A program made the translations under genes and the position numbers. Shown here one piece after another: positions 9,492 to 18,579 of a stretch of 64,000 nt of DNA. Every line of letters begins with the position of its first letter. Position 1 is the first letter of the stretch. Source of the DNA: Phycisphaerae bacterium (GTDB taxonomy: Bacteria > Planctomycetota > Phycisphaerae > UBA1845 > Fen-1342). The notes under the pieces were generated by a model. The model saw only the letters and a list, made by a program, of their open reading frames with translations, was not told where the DNA came from and made no database searches. The stretch is taken from contig CAXXTC010000006.1 in the NCBI GenBank assembly GCA_963666925.2, positions 32,001 to 96,000 on the forward strand, written 5' to 3'.

Positions 9492-10997
9492 ATGGATATA
9501 CCCGGAGCTTCCGGCGCTGTCGATCCCGAGGCCTTTGCCCACGCGCAAGAAGAGCAGGAGCGCCTGCTCGAAAACCTCAAAAAGGAAGTCCAGGCCGACT
9601 TCAAGGACATCGGCGTGCTCCGTAAGGAGATGACGGTAACCGTCCCTCAACAGATCATCGCCGACCACATGGAGCACAACTACGACGAGCTCATGAGCGA
9701 CGCCCTGGTCCCCGGGTTCCGCAAGGGCCGGGCCCCGCGCCGACTGATTGAGAAACGCTTCGGATCAGAAGTGCGCGAGTCGTTGATCTCGTCCATTCTC
9801 GGACAGTCCTATTTTGCCGCGATCGAGAACAACGAGCTCGACGTGCTTGGGGACCCGCTGTTCCGCATGGCCGAAGACGATAACGTCAAGCTGGTCGGTT
9901 TCGACGAAGCGCTGCACCATTTCGAGCTGCCCGAGCAGGGCGAGTTCACCTTCACCTGCGAAATCGAGCTCAAACCGACGTTCGAGTTGCCGGAGCTGAC
10001 CGGCATCGAGATTGAAGCACCGGAGCTTGAGATTACGAAGGAAATGGTCGACGAGCAGATGCTCCAGCGGCGCAAGATTCGCGGCCGGTATGAGCCCGTA
10101 TCCGACGCCGGCGCCACTCGCGACGACCAGTTGATTGCCGATGCGGTGCTCACGTCCGACGACACTGAAGTCAAGCGTGAGGAGAACGTCACGCTGGGCG
10201 TGCGCCCCACGCGCCTGGACGGTATCGCCCTGATGAAACTGGACGAAGTGCTCGAAGGCGTCAAGGTCGGCGAGGTGCGCAAGACAGAGTGCACCATTCC
10301 GGACGACTACGAGCGGGCCGACCTGCGCGGTAAGCCCGGCGAGTTCGCCTTCCACGTCCACGAGATCAAGCGACTCGTGCCCGAACCCATGGAGACCTTC
10401 CTCCAGTCCTGGGGCTTCGAGAACGAAGACGAAGCCCGTGAACATTTCCGCGAGGAGCTCAACGCCGAACGCGAGCAACTCGTCGATCGCGAGAAGAAGG
10501 CCCAGATCGAGCAGTTTCTGCTCGACCACACCACCCTGGATCTGCCGGCCGACTTCTCGGCCCGCCAGACGGACCGCGCCGTCATGCGCCGCGTGATCGA
10601 GCTCGAACAGCGTGGCGTCCCGCTCAGCGACGTCGAAACCCACATCGACGAGCTACGCACCTCCGCCACCGAACAGGTGGCCCGCGAACTGCGGCTCGGT
10701 TTCATTCTCGAAAAGGTGGCCGAGAAGCTGGAAATCAGCATCACCGACGAGGAGGTCAACACGGCGATCGCCCGCATGGCCCAGATGTACGGCCGGCGGT
10801 TCGACCGGGTCCGCGACGATCTCCAGAATCGTGGGCTGCTCGGCCAGCTCGTCGAGCAGCTCCGCCAGGACAAGTGCATCGCCCAGTTGCTGGATGACGC
10901 AAAAATAACTGCCGCGGCTGCCGATAAGACCCAGAAGAAGTCCGCCACCAAGAAGACCAGCAAAAAGAAGACCGGCGGAAAGCAGAAAGAAGACTGA
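9492..10997 (+). CDS. tig: Trigger factor
   Basis: VPGFRKGRAP ribosome-binding signature, FKBP-like middle domain, upstream of clpP. Confidence 0.96.
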   Translation: MDIPGASGAVDPEAFAHAQEEQERLLENLKKEVQADFKDIGVLRKEMTVTVPQQIIADHMEHNYDELMSDALVPGFRKGRAPRRLIEKRFGSEVRESLISSILGQSYFAAIENNELDVLGDPLFRMAEDDNVKLVGFDEALHHFELPEQGEFTFTCEIELKPTFELPELTGIEIEAPELEITKEMVDEQMLQRRKIRGRYEPVSDAGATRDDQLIADAVLTSDDTEVKREENVTLGVRPTRLDGIALMKLDEVLEGVKVGEVRKTECTIPDDYERADLRGKPGEFAFHVHEIKRLVPEPMETFLQSWGFENEDEAREHFREELNAEREQLVDREKKAQIEQFLLDHTTLDLPADFSARQTDRAVMRRVIELEQRGVPLSDVETHIDELRTSATEQVARELRLGFILEKVAEKLEISITDEEVNTAIARMAQMYGRRFDRVRDDLQNRGLLGQLVEQLRQDKCIAQLLDDAKITAAAADKTQKKSATKKTSKKKTGGKQKED

Positions 10998-11048
10998 TTT
11001 CCGTCGCCGCGGGCAGGGAGTCCCGCGAAGCTTGGCAAAGGAGAGCGC

Positions 11049-11696
11049 ATGCCGGTAAGTTGGCCAGATCACGAACGCTTCCGGGCCCAGGGTGGCCAGC
11101 CCCAGGCCTGGCGCCAGATGGGGCTCAACGAACTGCTGTTGGAGAACCGGATTATCTTCCTGGATCTCCCGCTGGACCCGAGCATCACCATCAGCGGCAG
11201 CACGGTGAGTTCGCACGTCATCAAGAGCATGCTGTACCTGCAATCGATCAAGCGCGACCAGGACATCCACCTTTATATCAACTGTCCCGGCGGCGCAATC
11301 GACGACACGCTCGCGATCTATGACACCATGCGCTTCCTCAAGTGCGAAATCGCGACCTATTGCGTCGGCAGTGCCAGCAGCGGAGCGGCGTGGATCCTGT
11401 CGGCCGGCACCAAGGGCAAGCGTTTCGCCCTGCCGCACGCGAAGATCATGATCCACCAGCCGTGGGGCTACGTTGCCGGCCAGGCCTCCGACATGCGCAT
11501 CCAGGCTGAGGAGATCATCCGCGTCAAGCAGACGTTGATCGACATCATGGCGGAGAACACCGGGCGCGATAAGTCGCAGATCGAGCAGGACATCGAGCGC
11601 GACCGCTTCATGAGCGCCGCGGAAGCAAAGGAATACGGGCTGATCGACGAAATCCTCGAAGAAACCCGCCCCACCAAATCCAGGAAGAAGGCCTAG
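11049..11696 (+). CDS. clpP: ATP-dependent Clp protease proteolytic subunit
   Basis: RIIFL, LYINCPGG, GSASSGA (Ser), MIHQP (His), ERDRFM (Asp). Confidence 0.93.
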   Translation: MPVSWPDHERFRAQGGQPQAWRQMGLNELLLENRIIFLDLPLDPSITISGSTVSSHVIKSMLYLQSIKRDQDIHLYINCPGGAIDDTLAIYDTMRFLKCEIATYCVGSASSGAAWILSAGTKGKRFALPHAKIMIHQPWGYVAGQASDMRIQAEEIIRVKQTLIDIMAENTGRDKSQIEQDIERDRFMSAAEAKEYGLIDEILEETRPTKSRKKA

Positions 11697-11713
11697 CAGG
11701 AGGCGCCCCAGGC

Positions 11714-12340
11714 ATGAATCCATCCAATACGCTGATCCCGATCGTCATCGAGCGCGAAGGCCGAGCCGAACGTTCGTACGACATATACTCGCGTCTCTTG
11801 CGTGACCGCATCATCTTCCTGGGCGACGAGGTTGACTCGCACCTGTCGAACCTGGTCATCGCCCAGTTGCTGTTCCTCGCCAATGAGGATCGCAAGGCCG
11901 ACATCCACCTGTATATCAACTCGCCCGGCGGGGCGGTCTACAGCGGCATGGGCATCTACGACACGATGCAGTTCATCCCCTGCTCGGTAGCGACGTACGT
12001 TATCGGTGCCGCCGCCAGCATGGCAGCCGTCCTCTTTGCGGCCGGCGCGCCCGGAAAGCGTTTTGTCCTACCACACTCCCGCGTGATGATCCACCAGCCG
12101 CTCGGCGGTGCCCGCGGGCCGGCCACTGACATCAAGATCGAGCTCGACGAGATGCTGCGTACCCAGCAGCAGCTCTACACCGTCCTGGGCCAACACGCCG
12201 GCAAGACGCTCGACGAGATCACTGCCGATTGTGACCGCAACAAGTGGATGGATGCCGAGGAGTCCGTGGCCTACGGCCTGGCCGACAAGGTTCTTCAGGC
12301 ATTCCCCGAAAGCGATCCCCCTTCGTTACGCCCGGTGTGA
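11714..12340 (+). CDS. clpP: ATP-dependent Clp protease proteolytic subunit (second paralog)
   Basis: DIYSRLLRDRIIFL, YINSPGG, AASMA, MIHQP, DRNKWM. Confidence 0.96.
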   Translation: MNPSNTLIPIVIEREGRAERSYDIYSRLLRDRIIFLGDEVDSHLSNLVIAQLLFLANEDRKADIHLYINSPGGAVYSGMGIYDTMQFIPCSVATYVIGAAASMAAVLFAAGAPGKRFVLPHSRVMIHQPLGGARGPATDIKIELDEMLRTQQQLYTVLGQHAGKTLDEITADCDRNKWMDAEESVAYGLADKVLQAFPESDPPSLRPV

Positions 12341-13014
12341 TGAAACAGGAAATCACAGTGCCGATTCTCCGGAACACGCGCCGTCGCGCTGGCCGCTTGG
12401 CCCGCGTCGGCGCCGGGACTGCCGGCCTGCTGCTGCCCGCCCTGCTGATTATCGGATGCATGCCGCCGCGTAATGTTGATCTGCAACGCCGCGTCGAGCA
12501 GCTCGAACGCACCGTGGCCCAGCAGGAAAACGATCTCGCCGCCCGCGACAATACCATCACCGCGCTAAACGAGAAGCTCGCCCGGGCCCGCGGCCTCACT
12601 GCCGCCGACCTGGAGCATATTTTCTATCCGGAGAAGATCGCGATCGATCGGCTCTCTGGCGGAGCGGACTACGACGGCAAGCCGGGCGATGACGGGGTAA
12701 CCGTGTATATCCGCCCGGTCGATCGTGACGGCGACGTCGTCAAGGTCGCCGGCGACGTCCGCATCCAGCTTTTCGACTTGTCCGCCCCGGCCGACCGCAA
12801 CTTGATTGGCGAATATTTCGTCTCGGCCGACGAGATCTCGAAGCTCTGGCACGGCAAGCTCATGACCGACCACTACACGATCAAGTGTCCGTGGCCCGGC
12901 ACACCGCCGACCAATCGCGAGATCACCATCCGCGTCACCTTCACCGACTACTTCACGCAGCGCATCCTTTCCGCCCAAACCACCTGCCAGGTAACGCTGC
13001 CACCGAGCCGGTAA
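12340..13014 (+). CDS. Hypothetical lipoprotein with short coiled coil
   Basis: ATG overlaps the clpP stop (TGATG); lipobox-like LLIIGC; globular C-terminal domain. Confidence 0.7.
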   Translation: MKQEITVPILRNTRRRAGRLARVGAGTAGLLLPALLIIGCMPPRNVDLQRRVEQLERTVAQQENDLAARDNTITALNEKLARARGLTAADLEHIFYPEKIAIDRLSGGADYDGKPGDDGVTVYIRPVDRDGDVVKVAGDVRIQLFDLSAPADRNLIGEYFVSADEISKLWHGKLMTDHYTIKCPWPGTPPTNREITIRVTFTDYFTQRILSAQTTCQVTLPPSR

Positions 13015-13084
13015 GGCTGCCCCCCCTCCCCTACCAATCGGTGCGTCTGCCACTCCCCGTTGTGCGCGGGTGCCATAACGACAT

Positions 13085-13139
13085 GGGTAGCATGGGCAGG
13101 GCCGCGACGCAGTCGCGGTTGGGTGGCATGGGCAGGTTC
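13085..13139. repeat. REP-like repeats GGGTRGCATGGGCAGG
   Basis: Copies at 13085-13100 and 13121-13139; a reverse-complement copy lies at about 7838-7856. Confidence 0.65.
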
Positions 13140-13340
13140 GTCACCGGCTAATTTGTCCGTGCGAACGCGTAACAACATGACAACGGTTGGGAGCATGGAC
13201 ACGTCTTGGTGGGTGGTATATTTGCCCGTGCAAAACGCTGCGGGAGCTGCTTAACCGATCCCCTCCAATAGAAACAGCGCGTCTGCCGACCGCTTGCCGA
13301 CAAACGCGCTGCGTTTGTTCCTACCGCTTATATCCGCCGG

Positions 13341-14735
13341 CTACTGGTCGATCACCTGCCCCATCAGGAACAGGAACTGACTCTGGCGAATCACCGGGAT
13401 GTACATCCGCTCGGCTCGCTCGATCAGCATGTGATATTCCTGGAGTTGAGCCTCACGCTGACGCGCCAGGTCGCGAACCACATCGCTCACCGGCTGGGCT
13501 CGGTCAGTACGCGGAATCTCCGGCTCCGATCCGATCACCACGTAATCCGTCGAGTCGTCCAGCTCGTCGACGACCTGACCGCCCCAGCGACGAATCATGC
13601 CGACCACCTGGTCATAACCGCTCGCGTCCGGCGTGCCGTCATAATCAAGGTCGAAATCGCCACGCACGACGAACTTAGGCTTGCGATCACGCTCGTACGC
13701 GATGTTGACTACTACGTCGCCCTCGATTATCGGCTGTCCCGGCGTACGCCGAACAACCCGGCACTCGGACGTGTCCGGCATGACCGTCACGACCTGGACG
13801 CTGGCCTTGCCACGCAGATCGTCCGAGATACCGCCGGACTGCCCGTAGACCTCAAACCCCAGCCCAACCTTGATGCCGTCGTCGGCGCCCAGGCTGATGT
13901 ACAGCACGTCGCTGCCAGGGATCGCACGCAGAATGCGTCCGTCGGCCTTGGTCAAAATCTCGTCCGGGTCAAACCCGCCCTGCTTCACGCTCGCGATCTG
14001 ATCCTGGAGTTCCTGGATCTCGCGATTCAGCCGAAGAGTCTCGATCTCGGCCTCGCGCTCCGTCTCGAGCTGGCCACGATTAGCCTGCTGCACTTCCTGC
14101 TCGCGATCGTCCAGCTCGCGCTGCAATTCGCGCAACTGGAGGTCCTTCTCGGCGAGCGAGCGTTCGGCGCTCTCGCGGACCTGGCGCATCTGTTCCTGGA
14201 TACTGGCCACTTGCGACTCGAACTGCGTGCGTGTCTCGTCCAATTGCGTGGTGAGAGCCTGGTTGCGTGTCGTCAGGCTATCCACTTCCGCAGCCAGCGA
14301 CGTCGCCTGAGACTCGGCCGCCACCCGCGACTGGTTCAGCTTCTCTAGCGCCACCAGCAACGTGTCGCCTTCGCTGAAGATCCCAGGCTTAGCCTCATTG
14401 ATGGCGGCCATGAGGTTATCGGCCTTGGCCACAACCGTCACGCCGACATCGTCCGGGACGCCGGTTACCAACTCGGACAGCCGGCGCCGGTCGCCGTCGA
14501 GCACCGCAAACACGTTCGAGTTGCGAGCCCGGGCTTCGTCCATGTAATACGCCGGCGGGGACCCGTAGCGGCGTTCCTTGTCGCGCAGGCTGGCCGTCTC
14601 GGCCTCGGCACCCTTGACCCGCGTAAGCGTAAAGATGAAAAGCCCCAGTGCGATCACTGTGAGGATCGCGAACGTTATCATGCCGTAGTGCGCCCCGGTG
14701 AGACCACCTCGGCTGGCCACTGGCCGACCCGCCAT
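13341..14735 (-). CDS. Membrane-anchored coiled-coil protein with beta-barrel and BRCT-like C-terminal domains
   Basis: N-terminal TM segment; long E/Q/R coiled coil; YISLGADDGIKVGLGFEVY; WGGQVVDELDDSTDYVVIG (BRCT-like). Confidence 0.75.
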   Translation of the reverse strand: MAGRPVASRGGLTGAHYGMITFAILTVIALGLFIFTLTRVKGAEAETASLRDKERRYGSPPAYYMDEARARNSNVFAVLDGDRRRLSELVTGVPDDVGVTVVAKADNLMAAINEAKPGIFSEGDTLLVALEKLNQSRVAAESQATSLAAEVDSLTTRNQALTTQLDETRTQFESQVASIQEQMRQVRESAERSLAEKDLQLRELQRELDDREQEVQQANRGQLETEREAEIETLRLNREIQELQDQIASVKQGGFDPDEILTKADGRILRAIPGSDVLYISLGADDGIKVGLGFEVYGQSGGISDDLRGKASVQVVTVMPDTSECRVVRRTPGQPIIEGDVVVNIAYERDRKPKFVVRGDFDLDYDGTPDASGYDQVVGMIRRWGGQVVDELDDSTDYVVIGSEPEIPRTDRAQPVSDVVRDLARQREAQLQEYHMLIERAERMYIPVIRQSQFLFLMGQVIDQ

Positions 14736-14832
14736 CGCACACTCCTATACACCCCCGTCTCGCTCACACTGGAATCCGCTCCCGGAGTGCACCCACCGGG
14801 CACCAAACCGCGGACCCGCTTATGAGGCGGTG

Positions 14833-14920
14833 AGTATGCGTGATGCCGGTGCGATTGTCAAAATCCATTTCTGCCACGAGCTCGCGTCCGCTTGACCGCC
14901 ACCGCCGCGGAGCCCATCAT
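14833..14920. promoter_or_regulatory. Divergent sigma70-type promoters
   Basis: Minus: TTGACA-N17-CATACT (14861-14833). Plus: TTGACC-N17-CATCAT (14892-14920) before xseB. Confidence 0.6.
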
Positions 14921-14952
14921 GCCCCTGGATTCCCCGCACAGCGAGCACCCTC

Positions 14953-15216
14953 ATGGCCAGATCCACCAAGCGACTGAAGTTCGAAAACGCCCTCGAACGC
15001 CTCGACGAAATCGTCGAGCAGATGGAGTCCGGCGAGATCGGGATCGAGGATTCGATCGCCCGCTACGAGGAGGCCATGAAGCTCGCTGCCCATTGTCGCC
15101 AGATTCTCGACGAGGCCGAGCAGCGGATCCAGAAGATCCAGCTCGACGCCGCCGGCCGGCCGCAGGCGGAGCCGTTTGAGCCGCCCGACCAGCTGGAATC
15201 TGACGACGGGGAGTGA
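14953..15216 (+). CDS. xseB: Exodeoxyribonuclease VII small subunit
   Basis: FENALERLDEIVEQMESGEIGIEDSIARYEEAMKLAAHCRQILDEAEQRI. Confidence 0.95.
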   Translation: MARSTKRLKFENALERLDEIVEQMESGEIGIEDSIARYEEAMKLAAHCRQILDEAEQRIQKIQLDAAGRPQAEPFEPPDQLESDDGE

Positions 15217-15241
15217 TTTGTCGCCCTGAAACGGGGGCTCC

Positions 15242-16042
15242 ATGCCGGTCCACAGCCCGCCAACCAGCGTTTCACTCCTCCGCCGGGTGCTGCACACCCT
15301 GATCGACGCTGCCTTGCCGCAGACCTGCGTCTCCTGCGGAACGTGGATCCCGGGCGACACTGGGCTGATCTGCTCTGAATGTTCGGCCGCCATCGACGCC
15401 GCCCAGGACACCCCCGCCTGCCCCCGCTGCGGGCGTTCGCTGCCCCAGACCGCCATCCACGGCCACGGCTGTGCCCGCTGCCGAAGCGAACATTTTTGGA
15501 ATATCAGCGAACTCGTCCGGGTCGGGCGTTACGACAACCAGCTCCGCCCGCTGCTGCTGGACCTGAAATACCGCGGCCGGGAACGCAATGCCGAGCATCT
15601 CGCCGACCGGCTCGCGGCGATGCTCGCCCAGCGTGGCTGGGTAGCCGATCTGGACGGCCTGGTGCCCGTTCCGATGCACTGGCTGCGGCGCTGGCAACGC
15701 CCTTGCGACCACGCCCGCGTGCTCGCCGATGCCGTCGGCCGGCGTTTGGGCATCCCCACCCTCACCGCAGTCCGCCGACGACGCTATGGACGCAGCCAGA
15801 CGCGTCTGACGACCCGCCATGAGCGGTTCGACAACGTTCGCGGCTGTTTTGATGGCATCCCCCAGGCTGACCGCTTGGTGCGCGGCAAGACCGTCTGCAT
15901 CATCGACAACCTGCTGATGACCGGCGCGACCGTATGCGAGCTGTCGAAGATCCTCCGCCACTTTGGCGCGAAACGCATCTACGCCGCCGTCATCGGCCGA
16001 CCCCCGACGCCCGGCGATCCGGTCGCCGAACCGACTGACTGA
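15242..16042 (+). CDS. comF: ComF family protein (zinc ribbon plus PRTase-like domain)
   Basis: Repeated CxxC pairs, LKY, LVPVPMH, R.DNV..CF, IIDNLLMTGAT. Confidence 0.9.
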   Translation: MPVHSPPTSVSLLRRVLHTLIDAALPQTCVSCGTWIPGDTGLICSECSAAIDAAQDTPACPRCGRSLPQTAIHGHGCARCRSEHFWNISELVRVGRYDNQLRPLLLDLKYRGRERNAEHLADRLAAMLAQRGWVADLDGLVPVPMHWLRRWQRPCDHARVLADAVGRRLGIPTLTAVRRRRYGRSQTRLTTRHERFDNVRGCFDGIPQADRLVRGKTVCIIDNLLMTGATVCELSKILRHFGAKRIYAAVIGRPPTPGDPVAEPTD

Positions 16043-16091
16043 GATTGGCCAACTGAAATCGGCCGAAGTTCACCCCCACCTCACCCACATG

Positions 16092-16982
16092 TTATTCCAG
16101 CTCCAGGTTGGCCAGCAGTTCCTGGAGCTGTTTTTTCTGCTCGGCGTTCAGCTCGCACAGTGGCAGCCGAAATTCCTCCGTACACCAGCCCGCCAGCGAC
16201 AGCGCGGTTTTCACCGGCATCGGGTTGGTCTCCAGCGACAACAATGCCCGCGCCGTCGGATACAGCCGCTGGTGCACCGCCCGGGCCGTCGCCACGTCAC
16301 CGGCCAGCATCGCGTCGGTCATCTGTTTTACCGCCCGCGGCACCAGGTTGGCCAACGTGCTGATCGTCCCCACCGCGCCCTGCGCCATCAGCGGCAACGC
16401 CAGCGGATCGTCGCCGCACAGAATGGGAATCTCGCACACCGCGGCCAGATCGGCCGCGTCCATCACGTCCTCGGTGGCGTGCTTGATCGCAACGATGTTC
16501 TCAAAATCGTCGAATAGCCGCTTGATCGTCTCAATGCTCAGCGTCACCCCCGTGCGCGCCGGAATGTTATACAGCACGATCGGCAACTCGGTCGCTTGCG
16601 CGATCGTTTCGTAGTGTCGATACAGACCGTCCTGCGAAGGCCGATTGTAGTACGGCGTCACGATCAACAGCGCATCGGCGCCACAGTCCTCGTTGATCCG
16701 CACCAGCTCCAGCGTTTCGGCCGTCGAGTTCACGCCCGCACCAGCCAACACCGTTGCCTTTCGCCGGGCCAGCTTCGATACCAGCGAAACGACCGGGCGG
16801 TGCTCCGCCATCGACAATGCTGACGCCTCGCCGGTCGTACCGCACGGCACCAGCCCGTCCACCCCGGCCTCAAGCTGCCGCTCAACCAGCTTCTCGAGGG
16901 CCGGCAGATCGACACTGCCTTCCCGAAACGGAGTGACCAGCGCTGTAATCGTGCCCTGCAACGGTTTGAACGACGCCTTCAT
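16092..16982 (-). CDS. dapA: 4-hydroxy-tetrahydrodipicolinate synthase
   Basis: TALVTPF, CGTTGE, TPYYNRP, LYNIPARTG, AIKHA, ETNPMPVK. Confidence 0.96.
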   Translation of the reverse strand: MKASFKPLQGTITALVTPFREGSVDLPALEKLVERQLEAGVDGLVPCGTTGEASALSMAEHRPVVSLVSKLARRKATVLAGAGVNSTAETLELVRINEDCGADALLIVTPYYNRPSQDGLYRHYETIAQATELPIVLYNIPARTGVTLSIETIKRLFDDFENIVAIKHATEDVMDAADLAAVCEIPILCGDDPLALPLMAQGAVGTISTLANLVPRAVKQMTDAMLAGDVATARAVHQRLYPTARALLSLETNPMPVKTALSLAGWCTEEFRLPLCELNAEQKKQLQELLANLELE

Positions 16983-17066
16983 GAGCTTTCCTTACGTATT
17001 GACTGCGGCTGGCGAATGGGCCAAACCGATCCACATCGCCTTTTTGAGTGACTGCGTAGTGTACCC

Positions 17067-17870
17067 CTATCGGACCAGTTCTTTCCACAAGCGCCCAGCG
17101 TCACACAACGCGCGAACATCGTGCGTGCGCACGTACTCCGCCCCCTGCGACAGCGCCCACAATTCCGTCGCCAACGTGCCGGCACCACGCTGCGCCGGTG
17201 CCCGCGGCCCTTCCGGCCCACCAATCAACGCCCCGATAAACGACTTGCGCGAGGTCGATACGCATACCGGCAAACCGAGCTGCAACAACTCACGCAGCCC
17301 GCGCAACATCGCGACGCTGACCTGCGGATCCTGCCCCAGAAAGAACCCCATGCCGGGGTCAAGGATCAAGCGTTCGCGCGCCACGCCGACCCGCTCGAGC
17401 GTCTCGATCCGTTCGCGGAAGAAATTCACCACGCGGCTGACGATTCCCGCGGCCGACACTTCCCGCCGCTCGGCTCGGGCGTGCTGCGCCGTCGAGTGCA
17501 TCAGTATGACCGGGACGTTCGCGTCGCGCACCACCGCCACTGCCGCCGGATCTGCCAATGCCGTCACGTCATTGATCATATCGACGCCCAGTTCGAGCAT
17601 CGCGCCCATCACTTCAGGCTTGTACGTGTCGATCGACACGCGCAAGCCGTCCTGTTTGAGCGCCCCCGCCACGGGCGTCAGTCGGCGAACCTCCTCGGCC
17701 GCCGAAACATCCTCCGCATCCGGATGTGTCGATTCGGCCCCGAGGTCTATGAATGCGGCCCCGTCGGCCGCGAGCTGCCCCGCCTGCCGCACGGCGGCCT
17801 CGGGCGTGATGAACGCGCCGCCGTCGGAAAACGAGTCGCGTGTAACGTTAACGATCCCGAGAATCTGCAT
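17067..17870 (-). CDS. folP: Dihydropteroate synthase with Sul-type insertion
   Basis: GIVNVTRDSFSDGG, SIDTY, INDV, ILMH, ILDPGMGFFLG, SRKSF, RTHD. Confidence 0.95.
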   Translation of the reverse strand: MQILGIVNVTRDSFSDGGAFITPEAAVRQAGQLAADGAAFIDLGAESTHPDAEDVSAAEEVRRLTPVAGALKQDGLRVSIDTYKPEVMGAMLELGVDMINDVTALADPAAVAVVRDANVPVILMHSTAQHARAERREVSAAGIVSRVVNFFRERIETLERVGVARERLILDPGMGFFLGQDPQVSVAMLRGLRELLQLGLPVCVSTSRKSFIGALIGGPEGPRAPAQRGAGTLATELWALSQGAEYVRTHDVRALCDAGRLWKELVR

Positions 17871-17997
17871 CAGTCATTCTCCCTGTCGGATACATGTTTA
17901 CAACAATCGCCCCATTGGGGAAGATGCGCACTGGGGCGGGCCGCCATATTCCGCCATTGCGGAGCAAACAGGACCACTTGTATTCCCGGAGAACAAA

Positions 17998-18487
17998 ATG
18001 AACGCCAAGGACGTGCTCAAGAACCAGATCGAGACGGCTCAGATGATCACGCGCGGCTACATCGAAGACCTCCAGGACGAGGAATTGTTGGTGCGCACGG
18101 TGCCCAACGCCAACCACATCGCCTGGCAACTTGGCCACATGCTGGCCAGCGAGCACGACATGCTCGCCGCCCTCGGCCACCAGCCACCAGCCCTGCCGGA
18201 GGGCTTCGCCGCCGCCCACACGCCGGAGACCGCCACCAGCGATGATGCCAGCCGGTTTTTCCCACAGCGCGAGTATCTTCGTCTGCTGGACGAGATGAAG
18301 GACGCCTCACTGGCGGCGGTCGACAGCACCCCCCGACGCCGACCTGGATCAGCCCGCACCGGAAATCATGCAGTCCTACGCGCCGACGATCGGAGCCGCC
18401 CTGGCAATGCTCGGCCCGCATCGAGTCATGCACGCCGGCCAGTTCGTCCCAATCCGCCGCAAGCTCGGCAAGCAACCGCTGTTCTAA
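17998..18487 (+). CDS. DinB/YfiT family protein; apparent +1 frameshift in a C run at about 18329-18334
   Basis: GGAG RBS; NHIAWQLGH; after removing one C the frame continues ...DADLDQPAP...HRVMHAGQFVPIRRKLGKQPLF-stop, giving the DinB His set. Confidence 0.85.
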
Positions 18488-18579
18488 AACCGGGGTGTTC
18501 ACTACCCGGGGTCGCGCTGCCAGCAAGTTGGCCACGCCATACCCGCTCTATCTGCATGGAGAATTCAAACGGGGACGAA

